Source: Yuukianura sp. NJ FZ-2021 (lineage: Eukaryota). Taken from it: a stretch of 64,000 bases of DNA. Shown piece by piece: positions 61,446-64,000 of this stretch. Numbering within the stretch: the first letter of the stretch is position 1; each line of letters starts with the position of its first letter. The notes under the pieces are model-generated. The model was given only the letters and a program-made list of their open reading frames with translations, was not told the DNA's origin and did not search any database. The position numbers and the translations under genes were made by a program. Location: the NCBI GenBank assembly GCA_046563655.1, contig CM102285.1, positions 14,570,001 through 14,634,000 of the forward strand, written 5' to 3'.

Positions 61446-64000
61446 GACCGTGGCAACCGACAAGAACGATTTCCTTACGTCGTACTTCAAGTTTCCAGAG
61501 AAGACGGACACTACAATAAGATTCTTTGACCGCGGAGAAAAGTACAGTGTGTATGGATCTGATGCCCACTATGTTTCTCAAGAAGTACTTGGGATTACTA
61601 CGGCAGTGAAAAAGTTAAGGAGTTTGGATAAGCAGAAGACCGTGGAGTACTTTAATATCAACCGATCGCGATTTGAACGATTTGTGCGTGAACTACTGCT
61701 GGTCAAGCAGTACTGTGCAGAAGTATGGGCTGAATCGAAGGGAGTTTGGAAACTGGAATTCAAGGTAATCGAGTCATTGGCTTAACTAATTATTCTGGTC
61801 TATAAAAAGTGTTAATCATGTTTATATTTACAGGGATCTCCTGGAAATTTATCTCAATTTGAAGAACTGCTGTTTTCCAATACTGAAGTGACTGTCAACA
61901 ATGGTGTTATTGGTGTCAGGATGTCCGGTGCCAGCGGGAAAGCGAAGGTAATTCGTCTCTTAAGTTCAATCATTCAATCATCAATCAATTAGTTTCAAGT
62001 TTTGAATTGTGTGTATTGTGTCAAAGGTCGTGGGCATAGCACATGTCAATACGAATGAACGGATCCTGAACCTCATTGAATTTGTTGACAACGACACTTT
62101 TACAAACTTCGAGTCCGTTCTGGTCCAACTGTCGCCAAAGGAAGCCGTTGTAGCAATTACTCCTACGTCGCATTCACAGGGTGGTGACGACAATAAAATT
62201 GAGCAGGTACGATCTTAACTTAAATCAATTACTAATTACTTCTTCGATGGTCATCAGCATGTCATGTGTCACTTTTGTTATCCAGATACTTCGGAGGAAC
62301 AATATTTTGATAAACGAACGGAAAACGTCGGACTTTGAGAAAGAAGATATCGAATTAGACTTGAAACAACTTTTGAAATCCACTTCAGCAGTTTCTGCCA
62401 AGTCCGAACTGGAAAAGAAGTTGGCCACCAGTGCTCTCACTGGAGTCATCAAGCATCTCGATCTCATGTCAAACGATTCTTACTTGGGTCAATTCTGTCT
62501 CGTGCCGTTTGATTCCGGACTCTACGTCAAAATGGATTCAGCCGCCTGTGAAGCCCTTCATCTCACCCAGAATCAGCTTGAATCCAAAAATCCACGAAAC
62601 CTTACCATAACTTCAGTCCTGGACAAATGCCGAACGGCTCAAGGTCATCGTCTCTTGGCCCAAATACTCCGTCAACCGCTTGTGGACCGCCAGAAATTGG
62701 AAGAACGATTGGATTTAGTTGAAGTTTTTGTGCTGGAACCGCTGAGAAGGAATGCCATTTATGAAGATCACTTGCGCAGAGTTCCGGACTATCAGTTACT
62801 GGCAAGGAAGTTTTCAAAACAAAAAGCAACGTTGCTGGATTGCTACAAAAGTTATCGCTGTTTGACCAAGTTACCAAAACTTGTTGAGGACTTGGACTCT
62901 TACGATGGACCACAAAAGAAAGTCATTGGTTCGTACTTTGTGGGGCCACTGAATGCACTCAAAGCGGACTGCTCCAAGTTTGTGGAAATGATCGAATCTA
63001 CGCTGGATCTGGAACTAGCTGACCAAGGAGAATTTATGATTCGACCAGATTTTGACGAAAAATTACAAAGTAAGACAAAAAAAAATGTATTTTCAAACCT
63101 CTCATTTAGCAAAATGATTTTTTTTTAATTTTTTTAGCTTTGAGAAACGAAATGGATCGATTGAAGGGAGCAATGGAGGTGGAAGCTAATAATACTCGGA
63201 AATCACTTCAGGTTGAAGACAAAGTACTCAAACTGGAAAGCGTCAGTCATCTTGGATTTCATTTTCGAATGACACTGAAGGTTACTCACTAAAACTTCAA
63301 GATCAAGAATTCGTGATCTTTGATTTTTTTTTGAATTATTTGAACTTTTGTTTTTAGGATGAAAAAGTGATGAGAAGTGGAAATTTTACAATTTTGGATT
63401 CGAAAGCCGGCGGTGTGAGATTTCGGACTTCGAAGATGGATGCACTTAATGAAAAATATGCAAAGCAAATGACTTTGTACGAAAAGGAACAAAAGGGGTT
63501 CAAGGAAGAACTCATGGTAGTTGCATGTAAGTGTGAACAAAATTGTTTCAAAGAGTTTTAATTAAGATGATTAATCAAATGATTCCGTTTCAGCTGGATA
63601 TCACGGATGCTTCGAGCAACTTGGCAACATTCTTGCTCTGTTGGACGTAATTCTGAGTTTCGCTCATGTTTCTGCCAATGCGTTAATTCCATTTGTACGT
63701 CCAAAACTACATCCCAAAGGCACCGGAATTCTGCGTTTTGAGCAACTCCGGCATCCGGTAACATTTGAAAAAAGTTTTAGCGGTTAATCAACAGTATTTA
63801 CTTCAGGTCAATGACAAACTTAACGACAATTTTAATGTTTTTTTTTTCAGTGTGTTGAGTCTCAGTGTGGCGTCAGTTTCATTCCAAATGACGTTCGACT
63901 GGAGAAAGGGAAAGAATCGTTTCTGATTGTGACTGGACCAAACATGGGCGGGAAATCGACGTTTCTGAGATCAGTTGGAGTGGCCACTCTGATGGCCCAC
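61426..64000 (+). CDS. MSH2: DNA mismatch repair protein MSH2 (3' truncated by window end)
   Basis: [86 protein letters not shown]. Confidence 0.96.

Overview
Eukaryotic, gene-dense, AT-rich arthropod DNA with many short GT-AG introns. A springtail-like hexapod is inferred from the chemoreceptor family; this is not proven. Gene models were built by hand from splice sites and reading phase. Left 25 kb, a secreted defence island: a ~455-aa modular precursor ending in two defensin-like domains, an intronless bacterial-type cupin (HGT candidate), extracellular Cu/Zn SOD, a CUB-trypsin, three tandem 8-Cys defensin genes (two of them bi-domain) and seven CAP/SCP genes plus fragments. Middle: MTFMT, a long-tailed tetraspanin, eIF3i head-to-head with mRpL18, a lipase whose nucleophile motif is GACLG (Ser->Cys), two 4-TM paralogs around an NPC2/ML gene, NUBP1, a SEC14-like gene and three tandem 7TM chemoreceptors. 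Right: a 72-aa orphan coiled-coil gene, CCDC157 (two tRNA-like copies in an intron), DONSON, and a GSKIP ORF whose last 20 nt overlap the start of MSH2 on the same strand (possible bicistronic unit). Small MITE and Helentron-like elements and minisatellites sit mostly in introns.
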